This document shows positions 37,456-50,800 of a DNA stretch of 64,000 nucleotides, in pieces. Each line of letters begins with the position of its first letter. Within the stretch, counting starts at the first letter, position 1. This DNA comes from Macrostomum hystrix (taxonomy: Eukaryota > Animalia > Platyhelminthes), in NCBI GenBank assembly GCA_950097015.1, contig CATNEN010000003.1, forward strand, positions 14,942,001 through 15,006,000, read 5' to 3'. Position numbers and translations under genes: made by a program. A model generated the notes under the pieces. That model saw nothing but the letters and a program-made list of their open reading frames with translations. It did not search any database and was not told the origin of the DNA.

Positions 37456-40400
37456 ATGAAACAACCATATCAGCAACAACAGCACCATCAATGGCCAGTG
37501 TCACAGCCAATGACACCTTCTATGAGACAAAACTTGTATGTGTATTGTATTTTATCTACTAAAGCTATTGGTTTTTCTATTTTTAGCCTTTTTATTGTGA
37601 AAGCGTTGTTTTAATTTTAGGCCACCACCTCCAGTTTGGCATTCAAATGAAAATGCCCCAACAATGGCACAGCTACCTGGCAGTCAACCGCAGATTCTGC
37701 AACAGAATGTATTGTCCCTACATCCACCAGATAGGCACCCTTCTGCTTATCTGGCACCGACTCAACCTGTCATTGAAGCGCTGGCCCAGAGCGATGCTCC
37801 CCCAGTCAGACATCCACCACAGAGTCATCTGCCACAGAGTCATCTGCCACAGAGTCATCCGTCACAGAGTCATCCGCCACAGAGTCATCCGCCACAGAGT
37901 CATCCACCACCGTTTCCGCCCCCTCAACGGCCTCAAAGTCATCCACCTTTATTTCCACCGCCCGAACCGCCTCGGAGCCATCCGCCTCCGCTTCCGCCCC
38001 CTCAGGCGTCTTTGCTGGCACCCACACAATTGCCAATAGGCTACCAGCAGCAGCCTGTTCGCTGTCAGAATCAGGGCTCTACTCTGGTGACTCAGAATTA
38101 TCCCCAGATGTTAGGAACTAATCCTTCAAGTTATCAGTTTCTTCCGCCGCGACAGCCGTCTAATCAGTCCACCACTCTGAGGTAATTACAGTGTTTTATG
38201 AAAGTCATATTTTATACTCGTATAATTGCTGATCCCGATTAATTTGGTTTGTCAGTGGATAGCCTTGTCACATCTCGTACGCTCCACTTTTCGTCTCGCG
38301 GACCGCCATCTCCTCCACTTTTCGTCTCGCGAACAGCCACCCTCACTCCACTTTTCATGTCGCGAATAGCCATCTCCTCCACTTTTCGTCTCGCAAACAG
38401 CCACCTCACTCCACTTTTCGTCTCGCGAACAGCCACCCTCACTCCACTTTTCGTCTCTCAAACAGCCACCTCACTTGCTATTCCTTTTATTGACAGTTCA
38501 AGCTTTTCTAGCTATGAGCATATTTTAGACTTGCTGCTTTAGGAATAACCTGTCATCTGTTAATCGATTGACATGATAATTTTCAATGAACTATTTCAGT
38601 CCTCCACAGCAGCAGCCACAGCAACGCAGTCTTCATCCGGATCTGATGCCGTCCGCTGTACAAGTACTGGAGGATGACATTAAACGTCATTTAGCCTCAG
38701 CAAATGTGTCAGCAAATAGCACCGTTATCTGCCATTTCGAATCTGGTCCAGCTAGCATCGGACGGCCTCCACCTCTTGTGACATCGATCGATCATTTGAA
38801 GCTAGCAGATTCCGGTTCTTGTCTACCTATCTACATGCGGCCAACGATATCTACTGTGCCTAGAAGTGCAGATCTACTGAAAACTAGCGGTGGCCTCGCC
38901 ATGGGATTAATTGTAGCTCCAATGTCGTTTACACCCTCAAATTGTTCCCCAATCAGCCAATCCGTTGACAACGGCGAAGATCCTGTCAGGTGTATTCGAT
39001 GCCGAGCCTACATGAGTCCTTTCATGGCCTGGCTAGACGGTGGCAGAAGGTTCGAGTGTGGCTTCTGCGGTGCTCGGACAGACACGCCTCAGGTTTGTGA
39101 GCATTTTAATCTGTGTGTACTATAATCCGACTGAAAAAAAGCATGCACCTCATTCTTAGATCTTCAAATCCGTAACTTAAGGACTGAAACAATTAGCCAA
39201 AATGCGAAAAACGCCAAATTAATTAATATTAATTTAAACACTAAAGTAAAAACACGGAAAGTTAACGTAAACTCTGAAATTTTACGAAAACCCGGAAAGT
39301 TTAAGTAAAGCCTAGAAATTAAACGTAAACCCAGAACAAGATTATTAAAAATCAAATTTATTTGTAAACCAAAACATTTTTCTATGCGCCTTGTAACAAT
39401 AAGCTATCGTACCTCTCGTGTAGAAGTACTTTGCCCATCTGGACCAATCTGGTTATCGTGTTGACGCTGCTTACCGCCCGGAGCTCCGTTTAGGCTCGTA
39501 CGAATTGCCCGCTTCGGGACCTGAATATCGTCGAGGAAATCGTCCCAGTTTGGCCGCTAGACCTGGCCTAGTTTTTGCCATAGACGTCAGCTATAGGGCC
39601 GTGCGCTCGGGACTGACTAGTCTCGTCTGCTCGCATCTAAAACAACGGGTGAGGATTTTGCTGATGTTTTCTGAGCTGCTTAGTACGACTTGTTCTGTTC
39701 TTCTTCTATTAATTTAATGGGGCGTCTTATCTTATTTTTACGATAAGTCTCATCTTATTTTTAGACTAGTCTTAAGATAGTCTTATTTTTCTATTTAGAT
39801 TCTACTTCCGGTCTTCTTCTTTCAGTTCCATGATGATTCTACTTCCATCATAATTCTATCTTCTTCTTACAAAGTCTTCTCCTGTCTTTTAGGTTAGCTT
39901 GCAGCCTAGTAGTTAGAGATTTGGACTTTAGACGGAGGGTTCGGTGGTTCGAATCTTGTTTGGCCTCCTACATGTATTTCAAGTATCCATATTCCAATAT
40001 ATCCCATTTACCAGCTAACAAGTTTTCTACCAGCCTGGACAGCATCCGACGGCAAATCAGTTCATTATCCTCGCGTCGCTTTTGTAACCTACGATAAAAC
40101 TGTGCACTTTTACAATCTGGCGCCCAGCCTAACCCAGCCGCAGTGCATGGTTGTGTCAGATTTGGACGAAGCTTTCGCACCATTGGGCGCCACTACAAGT
40201 TCAGGATTTCTAATCGATCCAATTGAATCTGGTCCGCTAATAGATCAACTATTAGATTACATACCTAATCAGTTTGCTAGTACAACTATCATTGACACAG
40301 TTCCTGGTTCTGCTATTGAATGCTGTTTAGATGCATTTGAATCTATTGGTAGTGTTGGCAAATTGGTTCTATTGCACACCGGTTTACCTAGTTGCGACTC

Positions 40401-43400
40401 AGGACCAGGTAGATTAACTCAACGGGATAATAGGAAATTGTTGGGCACAGATTTGGAGCCTACATTGCTACAGCCGGCTGGTGATTATTATGCGAGCTTG
40501 GCTAAGAGATGTGCCACTATTGGCCTCGGCATCGATTTGTTTGTGTGCAGCGATGCAGCCTTTGCCGATGTGGCAACGTTGGGCCAATTGCCATTCGTCA
40601 GTGGCGGATTGCTGTACAAATACGCCTGCTTTCAGGTGAGACTGATTAGCTTCTGACTGTCTGCTTTTGACGTTTTTTTATCTACCTGTCTGTTTCATCC
40701 ATCTACCTGTCTGTTTCATCTGTCTACCTGTCTGTTTCATCTGTCTACCTGTCTGTTTCATCTGTCTACCTGTCTGTTTATCTATCTACCAGTTTGTTTT
40801 ATCTATCAATGTTTTACAGGCAAACACTCACGGCAGTCAGTTGACTGGAGATCTAGAGCGTGCCGTATTCAACAGTCGCGCCTTCGACTGTTCGCTGCGC
40901 ATTCGCACCAGCGCCGGTGTGAGCGTCGCTGAAATCTATGGCGGATTCTCCGCGCCGGCTGACGGTGGCGCAGACGGTCTAGACGCTGGAATATTCTCCG
41001 TTGATCGCGCCATCGCTGTTGAATTGCGTCACGACGCTAGGCTAGCAGACAATGATCAAGAACCAGTGCTGTTGCAATGCGCATTGCTATACACTGGACT
41101 AAGCGGCAGTAGGCTTGTTCGCGTACACAATCTTGCCCTGTCTACTACTGATAATCTGGGCGATATCTATCGATCTGCCGATGTTGACGCTCTGTTAAAC
41201 CTGTTAGTTAAAGCGGCATTGCGTCTGCTGCTAAAGAAAGGCCCATTGGAAGCCAGGGCGGCCTTAGTAACCAGATGCGTAGGTATATTGACGGCCTACA
41301 GGAGGCATTGTGTTGCGGCTGGCACCTCAATGGGTCAGCTGATTTTGCCGGAGACACTCAAACTGCTCCCGTTGTTTGTTAATTCGATTGTAAAAAACGA
41401 CGCTTTTCAAGGTAAGAAAAGGCGCTAAAAATAATACTTTTAGTATATTGAACTAGCAAAAGTACCCCTCTTATTTTTGCTCAACTTCCTTCTAAAATTA
41501 ACTTTAATAATATTTTTCTTAGTTTTTTGTATTTTTTTTTCATGCTATACTTCTTAATCCTTAGATTTTCACATTTGTTCCCTTTGACATTCCTTTCATG
41601 ATTATATATCATTCCTTTCTGACTATGTTATATATTATTTAAGTGTTGCTCCTGAACGTCAAAAGTATCAGAGTGTATGTGGCTGCTTGGCCGCTCAGCG
41701 GTAGCCTTAAGTTCGAATCTGGGACGAGTCTTCACTTGAAATTTATTCTTAAAGACCTGTGTATGCCACCTATAAGAATGGAAGATTATATATTCTTTAT
41801 TGCTATATGGCTAACCACATGGAGTGGGTTGGTCGTATGATAAGATGCGAGAGGGGTAAGAGAATACGGCTAAGGGGTGAGTAACGGACCAATCAGAAAG
41901 CGCCTCAATGACAGATATCGACCTGGTAAAGTAGGTGGCGGCGAGACAGATGTGGCCAATGGTAAATAAGAATAATTTCGGGAGGGCTGCGGGCAATGGC
42001 ACATCATTTGGTGGCACTAGACCCGCAGCCAGCGAGGATGCAATTCTGCCCATTTCGCTGACTCCTGAGCACACACAGCACACAGATAGTGTACGTAGGC
42101 ACACGGCCACACGCTCACACAGGTGTGTACATCTGCCCTGACTTTCTCATCGTCAGGCAGTGTACACTTTCACTGTGCCTTGGAGGTTGGTCCTCAATTG
42201 CCTAAAAATTGCACCGCGTTAACAGATCTGCCACTGACACCCCGGGCTAATGGTAAACGAATAAATGAAAGTGATACGAAAGTACTTTATCTTTAAAATT
42301 GTCGATAAAACGAGTAAATTTGTTCAATTAATACAAAATTATTTTTTAATAAGGCCGTTGCCAGTCACTTAAACCGGAATTGAGTCGCTATTCGGAAATT
42401 TTGTCTGGTAAAGAAAAACTGAGAAATGCTTTGGAACTTTTTCAAATTCCTTAAAAACAGAAATTCTTACTTGTGGTCATTTTTAATTGCTGGTTTGTAT
42501 GATTTAGCATTTGTACTTTTAAGCTTACTTGCTAAACTCATCACACGGGAATGAAAATGTTCGTTTTATTTTTGCGGTTTTCTGTTATTTTACTGAAAAG
42601 TTGTCTATTTTTGACATGATTTACCTTGATTGGCCCCGTTTCCTGTCTGCCTTATCAATAAAATTAATAAAAAACTAACCCTTTTTGCAGGATCGGACAT
42701 ATCTACTGATGACAAGTCTTATTTAGTCTACCTTTGCTCGATGATGAGTGCGGCAGCTTCAAATGTCTACTTCTATCCTCGCCTGATGCCGTTGCATCAT
42801 CTGTCGCTGAACGGCGAGACAGCTTCGAGTGGCTCGGACAGTGAAGCGGAAGCCATCGAAGCTATAGATAATGGCCACTCGGAGTGCAACCAGACGGACT
42901 CTGCCGCGATCACTGAATTGCAATTGCAACAGATTCGGTGCTCTGTCGAAAGATTGAAGAAGAATGGAGCCTATTTATTGGGTTAGTAAAGTAATAGGAA
43001 CACCGAGCCTAAAATAGCTCGCAATTTCTGACTGTTCTACTTTAAGTAGGTTACGAGCGTAGTAGCAAAAATCTGCTATTTTTTATCCGTATTTCGATAC
43101 ATATCGGCTGTTTCACATGAAACAGCCGATACTTCAGGGGGTGAGTGGCAGAGCGTTTGCCTCCTGAGCAAAGGTCCCTGAGCTCGATTCCGCAGCCAGG
43201 CCACATTAATTTGAGGGCCAACCTCCTAGACACAGTGAGTGTACATTGCCTGACGATGAGAAAGTCAGGGCAGATGTACACACCTGTATGAGTGTGTGCC
43301 TGCGTACAGTATCTGTGTGCTCAGGAGTCATCGAAATGGGCAGAATTGCCTCCTCGCTGGGTGTGTGTCTAAATGATGCACCAATGCCTGCAGCCCTCCT

Positions 43401-43959
43401 TCAATTATTCTTGTTATTATTATCCATTAACTTCACTTGACTAACCGTGCAGAGAATGGCATAGTGATGTTTCTATGGCTGGGCTCAAAGGTCAGCTCTG
43501 ATTGGCTCTCGGCCGTTTTCGGGGTCGCATCATTGGCCAGCGTGGTGACTGATCGGGTAAGTAAATTTATAGTAACTCCTTTGTTTCATGTGAAACAGCC
43601 GATATGTATCGAAATAATAGTATTTATGCTTTTTTCAGCCCGAACTTCCGAATTTGGACACGCCGCTGTCTAAAGAAATTCGTCGATTAGTCGGCGAGAT
43701 TCGTCAAAGACGCCGACGACACCTCAGAGTGAGTGTAGGGAAAATTCACTAATAAAATACATCTTTCGTGCTGTTTTACTTTGATCTTTTATTTTCACAG
43801 TTGTACATTATTCGACCTGGTGACAAGCTGGAGTCGTGGTTCCTCAACTTCCTAGTTGAAGATCGCAGCAACGACTGCTCAACCGGCGGCAGTTGGGGTT
43901 CCTCCTACGTGGACTTTATGATGCACATTCACAAGGAGATTCGGAGTAAACTTGCCTAA
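37456..43959 (+). CDS. SEC24C: COPII coat protein SEC24C/D; exons 37456-37535, 37621-38181, 38600-39092, 39424-39648, 40015-40635, 40820-41411, 42691-42981, 43453-43556, 43639-43728, 43801-43959
   Basis: Pro/Gln-rich N-terminus, zinc finger PVRCIRCRAYM..FECGFC, RPELRLGSYE, FAIDVSY, trunk/beta-barrel, GQLILPE.LKLLP, gelsolin-like LLENG, LVEDR..SYVDF..IHKEI. C and D paralogs cannot be distinguished. Confidence 0.93.
38280..38470. repeat. ~34 bp tandem repeat CTCCACTTTTCGTCTCGCGAACAGCCACCCTCA in SEC24 intron 2
   Basis: Direct reading, ~6 units. Confidence 0.9.
39895..39966 (+). mobile_element. Isolated tRNA-like SINE head in a SEC24 intron
   Basis: CAGCCTAGTAGTTAGAG..GGTTCGAATC resembles the family B head; no intact cloverleaf. 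Confidence 0.5.
40680..40790. repeat. Short 21 bp array TCTGTTTCATCTGTCTACCTG
   Basis: Direct reading; related to the 21811-22296 unit. Confidence 0.85.
41965..42246 (-). mobile_element. SINE family A copy in a SEC24 intron
   Basis: Reverse complement of the 8030-8710 body without the LINE insert. Confidence 0.85.
43136..43422 (+). mobile_element. SINE family A copy in a SEC24 intron
   Basis: Head, hairpin and 3' body plus TTA tail match the consensus. Confidence 0.85.
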
Positions 43960-44348
43960 CTAGTCGGCACATAATCTCATAATAAACTAAAATTATTATT
44001 AGTTACCTTTTTTCATTCCATTGTTGGATTTTTCTACTAGTAAAAAATTAACGTACATAAAACAAAGACTCAAGACTCAAACCCTAAAAGTGGTTTCGAT
44101 ATATATGGGGTCAGAAAACTTTTATGTTCACAATATTCTCATAAAGGAATATTCTCGAAAGTAGCACCAGCAATATAACATTAAGCATTTTTGCCTCATA
44201 TCAAATAAGATTTAATTATGAATAATCAACAGTTTCTACGTACGAAATAAAAATGGACTAGTTTGATGCTTAATTGAAAATATATTATGTATATCAGGTG
44301 CAATGTTTTGCCATAATTTCTTCGCCAGATGAAAACCAAGGTCGTATT

Positions 44349-46127
44349 CACAGAATACACCAGAATGCGCAATCAAGCTCCCTGCGAAAAAAAATGGAGG
44401 CAAAAATTTAGGCTGCTATTTGCTAGCTACGCTACTTCTAAGGTGAAGTGATTTGCGAGTAGTGCTGGATTTTTATCAACCCGAGTGTATTGAGATCGAT
44501 TTTGCCATAGACTATGTTTCTCGCTTGTCTTTCCTTCCATCTATCCTATCTATTTGATGCCCAGTGTAAACTAAGTATATGATAGTGGCTGCTTAATTGG
44601 CATTCTGTGGTTAGAAAGTCTGAGGCTGCGTTTAATGGTCCGAGGCGAGCGAAGCGAGGTGTTAGGTGTTAAGTGCCGACGACGTGGAGCGTAGGATGGC
44701 GGAGAGTTTGCCCGACGCTACGCGTGCCAAGGAGAAGTGGGCTGTCAAGGTGTTTCGAACGTGAAAGGAAAGTCGCGTCCAATAAACGTCCATTAACGAC
44801 GAAATCGGATTTTATCTTAGCTTATAGTTGCCTGCGTTCCTTAGAATAAATCACAGAATACAATATTGTTGCATCGCACTTGACTGACGGCTACTTTATT
44901 CTGCCCAGTGATTTACGCCTCTGTTGTGCCACCTTTCACGAAGCTCAGTTTGAGATCACTAAAGGTTGTGTCTATGCAAATGCTTTCCAGTGGAGACTGC
45001 AAATCCGTGTTGTCCAGAAATCTTACCCAAGATCACGTAGAGAATGGCTTTGCACGCATCCGACGACGAGGCGGCTTCAATGACTGTCCGGAGTATAAAG
45101 AAGCTGCTGCGGCATTCCGCTCACTGGCCGTCAACCAGTTACTTGGCTGCCCATCGTTTTCTAACAACTGCAAACCCGACAGTTCAGTTCCCATGTTAAC
45201 TAATCTCATTCAGCCAATCACCGATGAAATCAAAGCGGATGATGAGAAGTTCCCTATCAGTTCCGTTGATGAGAATGCGTGCCTGGCATTGACACAAGTT
45301 TATGAAGATACAGGAATGTTCGGAGAAAAGTGTGCCTATGTTGGAGGTTGGATGCTTCATTGCTTGTTGCGGTTGCGCACCGCTTACCAGGACAGCAAAA
45401 TGGGTCTCCTAAGTTGCAATGATCGAGGGCATGCGTTTCCTAGAAAAAAAGGAATATGCAACACACTGAAAACGGCGGTCTGTACGTACCAAGTGAAGCG
45501 GTCTTGAAAGCAGTGCAAAAGATGGAGATGGTTTTCGACCAAATTTGCAATGTGCAGGACTCGATTAGAGTATGGAAGGGAATCAGTATCAGTGCCAGAG
45601 TCCAGCCTGCAGCACAAGCAGCTGCTGCAACTGAGCTACATCTACACAACAGTGAGCACACAAATGAATGGCTTTCATCTCTCTCACATTTGTACACACG
45701 CCTGCGGTTACATCACTGGTGCAAAGCTCAACAGGCATTACTTCGAGCTGCAAGGAAGCGCGGAGCTCCGAGTACGAGTACAGCTTCAGCAGAACAACGA
45801 AAGCTGGGGCGCCTGTTATCCGCGCTAAAGTATAGGATGCCTGTTGTTTGATGCTTAAACTGCTGCTCAAATTGCTGTTTCTAAACTGTTCTAGTTTGCG
45901 TTGAATGCTCACGAATAATATCTGCATTTTTATGTCGCTACAGCTGCAAATATACAATCGGGCCTCTCTGTCCATAAAAAGTTCCAACCTGAATAGACAT
46001 ACAAAAGGGTGACTACTTCTCAAATTTTAGTACTACTTAACTCTTCTTCACCTCAGGAGTAGTGTCTATGGCTTTATATTTCGGCTTTAGATTTGGAAGC
46101 TGATTGAGCATTCTGGTGTATTCTGTA
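44349..46127 (+). mobile_element. P-superfamily (THAP9-like) DNA transposon, internally deleted
   Basis: TIRs CACAGAATACACCAGAATGCGCAATCA / TGATTGAGCATTCTGGTGTATTCTGTA; 8-bp TSD GTCGTATT (44341-44348, 46128-46135); transposase motif NLTQDHVENGFARIRRRGGFNDCP..AAFRSL with a downstream frameshift. Confidence 0.9.
44600..44764 (+). mobile_element. Crypton-like fragment (half hairpin plus DUF3504/tyrosine-recombinase-type N-terminal peptide) nested in the P element
   Basis: Hairpin arm near-identical to 59350-59400; 44675-44764 reads ADDVERRMAESLPDATRAKEKWAVKVFRT*, resembling the P.xT...T.WAV.VF..W helix. Confidence 0.6.
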
Positions 46128-47879
46128 GTCGTATTATCCTACTGAGTAGTGTTTTCTTTAATTGGCCAGAAAATTCTTGCTCAGGAAAAGAAGTAAATAG
46201 TCGAAAATAGACACGCTTAATTCTTAAATTTCACATTCTTGAAAACGAAAATTTCCTTTTCTTTTCTGAACTCTCTGAAGGACTCAAAGGGTCAATAAGA
46301 GCAGCGATTTTTTCTGACACAGAGATGGCAGACAATCAATTTGACTTACTGCACTGCTCAAAATATAATTAGTACACACATATATAATATTTTTCTTAGC
46401 AATTCTTTACTCGAGTTTTCTCTACCAATAAAACTGTGTTATTTATATAGTTATGAACTGCAAAGAGAGGAAAAGCGCAGCGCATAGCAACAACAAAACA
46501 GAACAACAAAAACAACTGAAACCCCGAAGTTGAAAAAAACATAAAAAACGACTGGAACTAAAAGAAATAGTGAGCTACTTTTAAAGTAAACTACTGTTAG
46601 TAGAGCTTATTGAACGAAATAATTAAATCAAATCAAAATAGAACTAGACGTCCTTTAGCTATTTAGCTTGCTCGCGGAAATAATTTTTACTAACAGGCTT
46701 GTTAATTAATTAATTAAAATCTGACATTACATTGAGCGCGCACGGAAATTAGAAACAACCAAATAGAGAAGCACTGGCCAAAAGTAACCAATTACCGATG
46801 TGTGTCATAGTTACCAACAAAAATTAAGTACAAATTAATAACAAATTTAATGATTTTCAGAACCTGTCTGCAATATAATTTTTGTTGAAGCACGATTTTT
46901 GCACTCATATGATATCTGTATTGATTATAGTTATAAATAACATTGAAATAATTATAGTTCATAAATATGCATGAAAGTAAATTCAGTAGGTTAGACAAGC
47001 AAAAGGAAAAAAAGCAGGACTAAGCAGGACTGGCTTCAAGCACTCAACCATGCCAACAGATACATGAAATTAAAGTTTAAAGGGTTAAATAGAATGTTCA
47101 ATTCCCATTACAAGCCAGGAGTACACAATGATAAGACATCAATAGTAAATGTTATACATATTAGTAAAAGTAGTAACAGTAGAATATTGCCGTTATTATT
47201 ATACGGGAGAAAGTTGAGAATACGACATTGTGTGCAATAATTTTAGGGATACAAATAAATAATAGTAATAATTTAGTGTACGATAATACATTGAAATTAG
47301 ACAGAAAAAGTAAATAATAACACGCAATTGAGAACCCTGATGACTCACTAAGTGTCGTGTGTGTGTGTCTTTTATAAGAGAGAAAATTACCTACAAGATA
47401 AAACACTGACACCAAAGCTTACTCGCAGTAGTAAGGAGAAAAAAAGAAGAAGAGAAAAGAAAAATAACAGAAAACAAATTCGACTCAATGCTGCACTCAC
47501 ACAAGCGTCAATTACAAAAATATAGTTTTAAATAAACATATAAACAAAATTAGAACAATCACAGGACTTATTAAGTAAAGCTATCAGCCAACAGAAGACA
47601 ACGTTTAAATAAATCCTGTTTGCCCAGTTGAAATATTTTATGAATTAGCTGAACGACAACAACCAACCAAATACGAAAGGATAAGTAAATAACACACAAA
47701 CATTATAAATAGAATGATGAGAATGGAGAGAAATATTGATGTCGCTCAAGCACAACAACAAAAGACAGCACAACAATACGCAGACACGCAATCATGAAGT
47801 AAGAAGAAGAGAAACACAAAATATTTCCTCATCTCCCCAGACTCCAAAAGTGAAATTAATTTCCAGTTAGATTTTGTTA

Positions 47880-50800
47880 TTATTTATGGGCGCCTTGCTT
47901 CACAATGTCCGCAGCCGTACGTCCGCTATTTCCCCAAACGGCCTGGCGTTGCGGCTGCTGCGGCTTGTCAGTTGTTGAATTACTATTGTTAATAGTCGAA
48001 ACGGCGGTTATAATAGGATTATTAGGATTGTTGACTGACACCTCTACGCGTCTGACTGGTCGCGTAGTGGCTGGCGGAGCAGCGGCGGCGGCGACAGCGG
48101 CAGTTGCGGAACCCGACGCCTCCTGCTAGTTTAATAGGTTAGAAAATTTATTTCAAAACTTTCGGTTAAGAAATAAAATAAGGGTTTTGAGTGTAGTTAT
48201 TTGTTAAATTTATATTAATATAGTAATTCACATGTAAGCAGCGATTAAATTTGGATGACGATTAGATAAATAGGGTTTTTAATGATTGAGGATTAAATCA
48301 TCAGGCATAGGGACCATTAGGAACTAGATTATAAAAAAGGGATTAAAGTGATTAGCGATAAGATAATCAGACACAGAAAAGACTAGAGATTTACAAGAGA
48401 TTGACATGATGAGGGATTAATTTATCAGGGATTGACATGATGAGGGATTAATTTATCAGGGATTGACATCATGAGGGATTAATTTATCGGGGATTGACAT
48501 GATGAGGGATTAATTTATCGGGGATTGACATGATGAGGGATTAATTTATCAGGGATTGAAATGATGAGGGATTAATTTATCAGGGATTGACATGATGAGG
48601 GATTAATTTATCAGTGATTGACATCATGAGGGATTAATTTATCAGGGATCGACATGATGAGGGATTAATTTATCAGGGATTGACATGATGAGGGATTAAT
48701 TTATCAGGGATTGACATGATGAGTGATTAATTTATCAGGGATTGACATGATGAGGGATTAATTTATCAGGGATTGAAATGATGAGGGATTAATTTATCGG
48801 GGATTGACATGATGAGGGATTAATTTATCAGGGATTGACATGATGAGGGATTAATTTATCAGGGATTAATTTATCGGGGATTGACATGATGAGGGATTAA
48901 TTTATCGGGGATTGACATGATGAGGGATTAATTTATCAGGGATTGAAATGATGAGGGATTAATTTATCAGGGATTGACATGATGAGGGATTAATTTATCA
49001 GGGATTGACATGATGAGGGATTAATTTATCAGTGATTGACATGATGAGGGATTAATTTATCAGGGATTGACATGATGAGGGATTAATTTATCAGGGATTG
49101 ACATGATGAGGGATTAATTTATCAGGGATTGACATGATGAGGGATTAATTTATCAGGGATTGACATGATGAGGGATTAATTTATCAGGGATTCACATGAT
49201 GAGGGATTAATTTATCAGTGATTGACATGATGAGGGATTAATTTATCAGGGATCGACATGATGAGGGATTAATTTATCAGTGATTGACATGATGAGGGAT
49301 TAATTTATCAGGGATTGACATGATGAGGGATTAATTTATCAGGGATTGACATGATGAGGGATTAATTTATCAGTAATCCTCAAACACATTTGTTTATCAT
49401 GGATAAAACTTTTTAGAGGTTCGACAAGAGATTTTTATCAACAAAAGATGTTGCGAACACGTGGTTTAGAAATGATTAGTAATGAACACTATACCAAAAT
49501 CTCCTAATAGAAAAACCTAACTAAAAACTACGAAATTAAGGATCAATTGACAAAAAAGAACACATACCTGCTTATCATCGGCAACGGACACTTTGGCCTG
49601 ACTTGACGTAAATTCTTCATCCTTCTTAACTTGCGTTGTGCCAGAAGCCGAACCAGAAACGGCGGCGGAGGCTGCAGCAGGCTGAGCGGCAGAGCTGATC
49701 AATGGCTTCGTCCAGGCGCTGACGGTTGGCTTCGGAGCGTCTGCGAATGCAACAGCACCAGATGCTGGCTGAGAAGCTGTTGACTGCGTGGGCGGAGACT
49801 GGTTTGGCTGCTGTTGCTGTTGCTGTTGCTGCGGTTGCTGACGCCAAGCTCCACCGGCAGGGCGACCAGAGCTGGCGGATGCTGGAGCAGCTGCCGGGGG
49901 AGCCTCTTGAACAGACGCAGAAGCGGCCGACTGTGACGCCGACAATGAAGTAGTAGGCGTTTGCTGCGGATTATTCTGCTGCTGTTTCTGCTTTCGCAAG
50001 TCCCAAACATTAACGCTCGGAGGCTTGGCGTCGACCATCTTTGGCGGCGGCTGCGGCTGCGGCTGCTGCTGCTGCTGCTGATTAGCTGATTGATTTTTCT
50101 CCGACGTAGCAGAAGAAGTTGATTGCTGACGAACTTTGACGCTGGCGCTAGGACTATGGCCGGTAGTGCCAGGAGTATTGTTAGTGACGTTTTCATTCTC
50201 GTCAATCTTACTGCCAGACGAAGGATGCTGGCGTCTGGTTGGAGCGTCACCAGCGACCGTAGTCTGCCTGTCGCGCTCTTGTCGGCGTTCTACAATTCGT
50301 CGCTCAGAGGCGGCCGTGTCAACCGGTTTGGCGGCGCCAAAAATGGACGGCGTCGGAGCGGCGGCAGCTGGCGCGGCTGTGCCATCGGCTGCCTGCTTTC
50401 GCGGCAACAGCTGCAGCTTCTTACGCTGACGCGGCGGCGAAGGCGAGTGGCGATTGCGCGGCGGCGAAGGCGAGTCGCGATTGCGCGGCGGCGAAGGCGA
50501 GTGGCGATTGCGCGGCGACGGCGAACGTTGTCTATCTCGATCAGGCGTTGGCGAGCGGCTTTTATTAGGCGAAGGCGAAGGAGAACCCGAATGACGTCGA
50601 TTGTCGATAGACGGCGAGGGCGGCCGATGCTGCTGATCTGACGGCGAAGGACGTCTGTAGGGCAAGCGGCCACTTTCGCGATCCGGTGACGGCGAACGTT
50701 GGTGACGCGGCGACGTCGAAGGTCGATGGTGCGGCGAAGGCGAACGACGCCATTCACCCCTTGGTGGGGACCGTCGCCGGCCAAAAGCCGAATTGCCACC

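Noticed and set aside
43244-43280. Hammerhead-like core in the SINE hairpin (CTGACGA..GAAA.GTC)
   Set aside because: There is no room for stem II or stem III, the core varies among copies (CTGACAA at 8064), and a simple CTGAC/GTCAG hairpin explains it.
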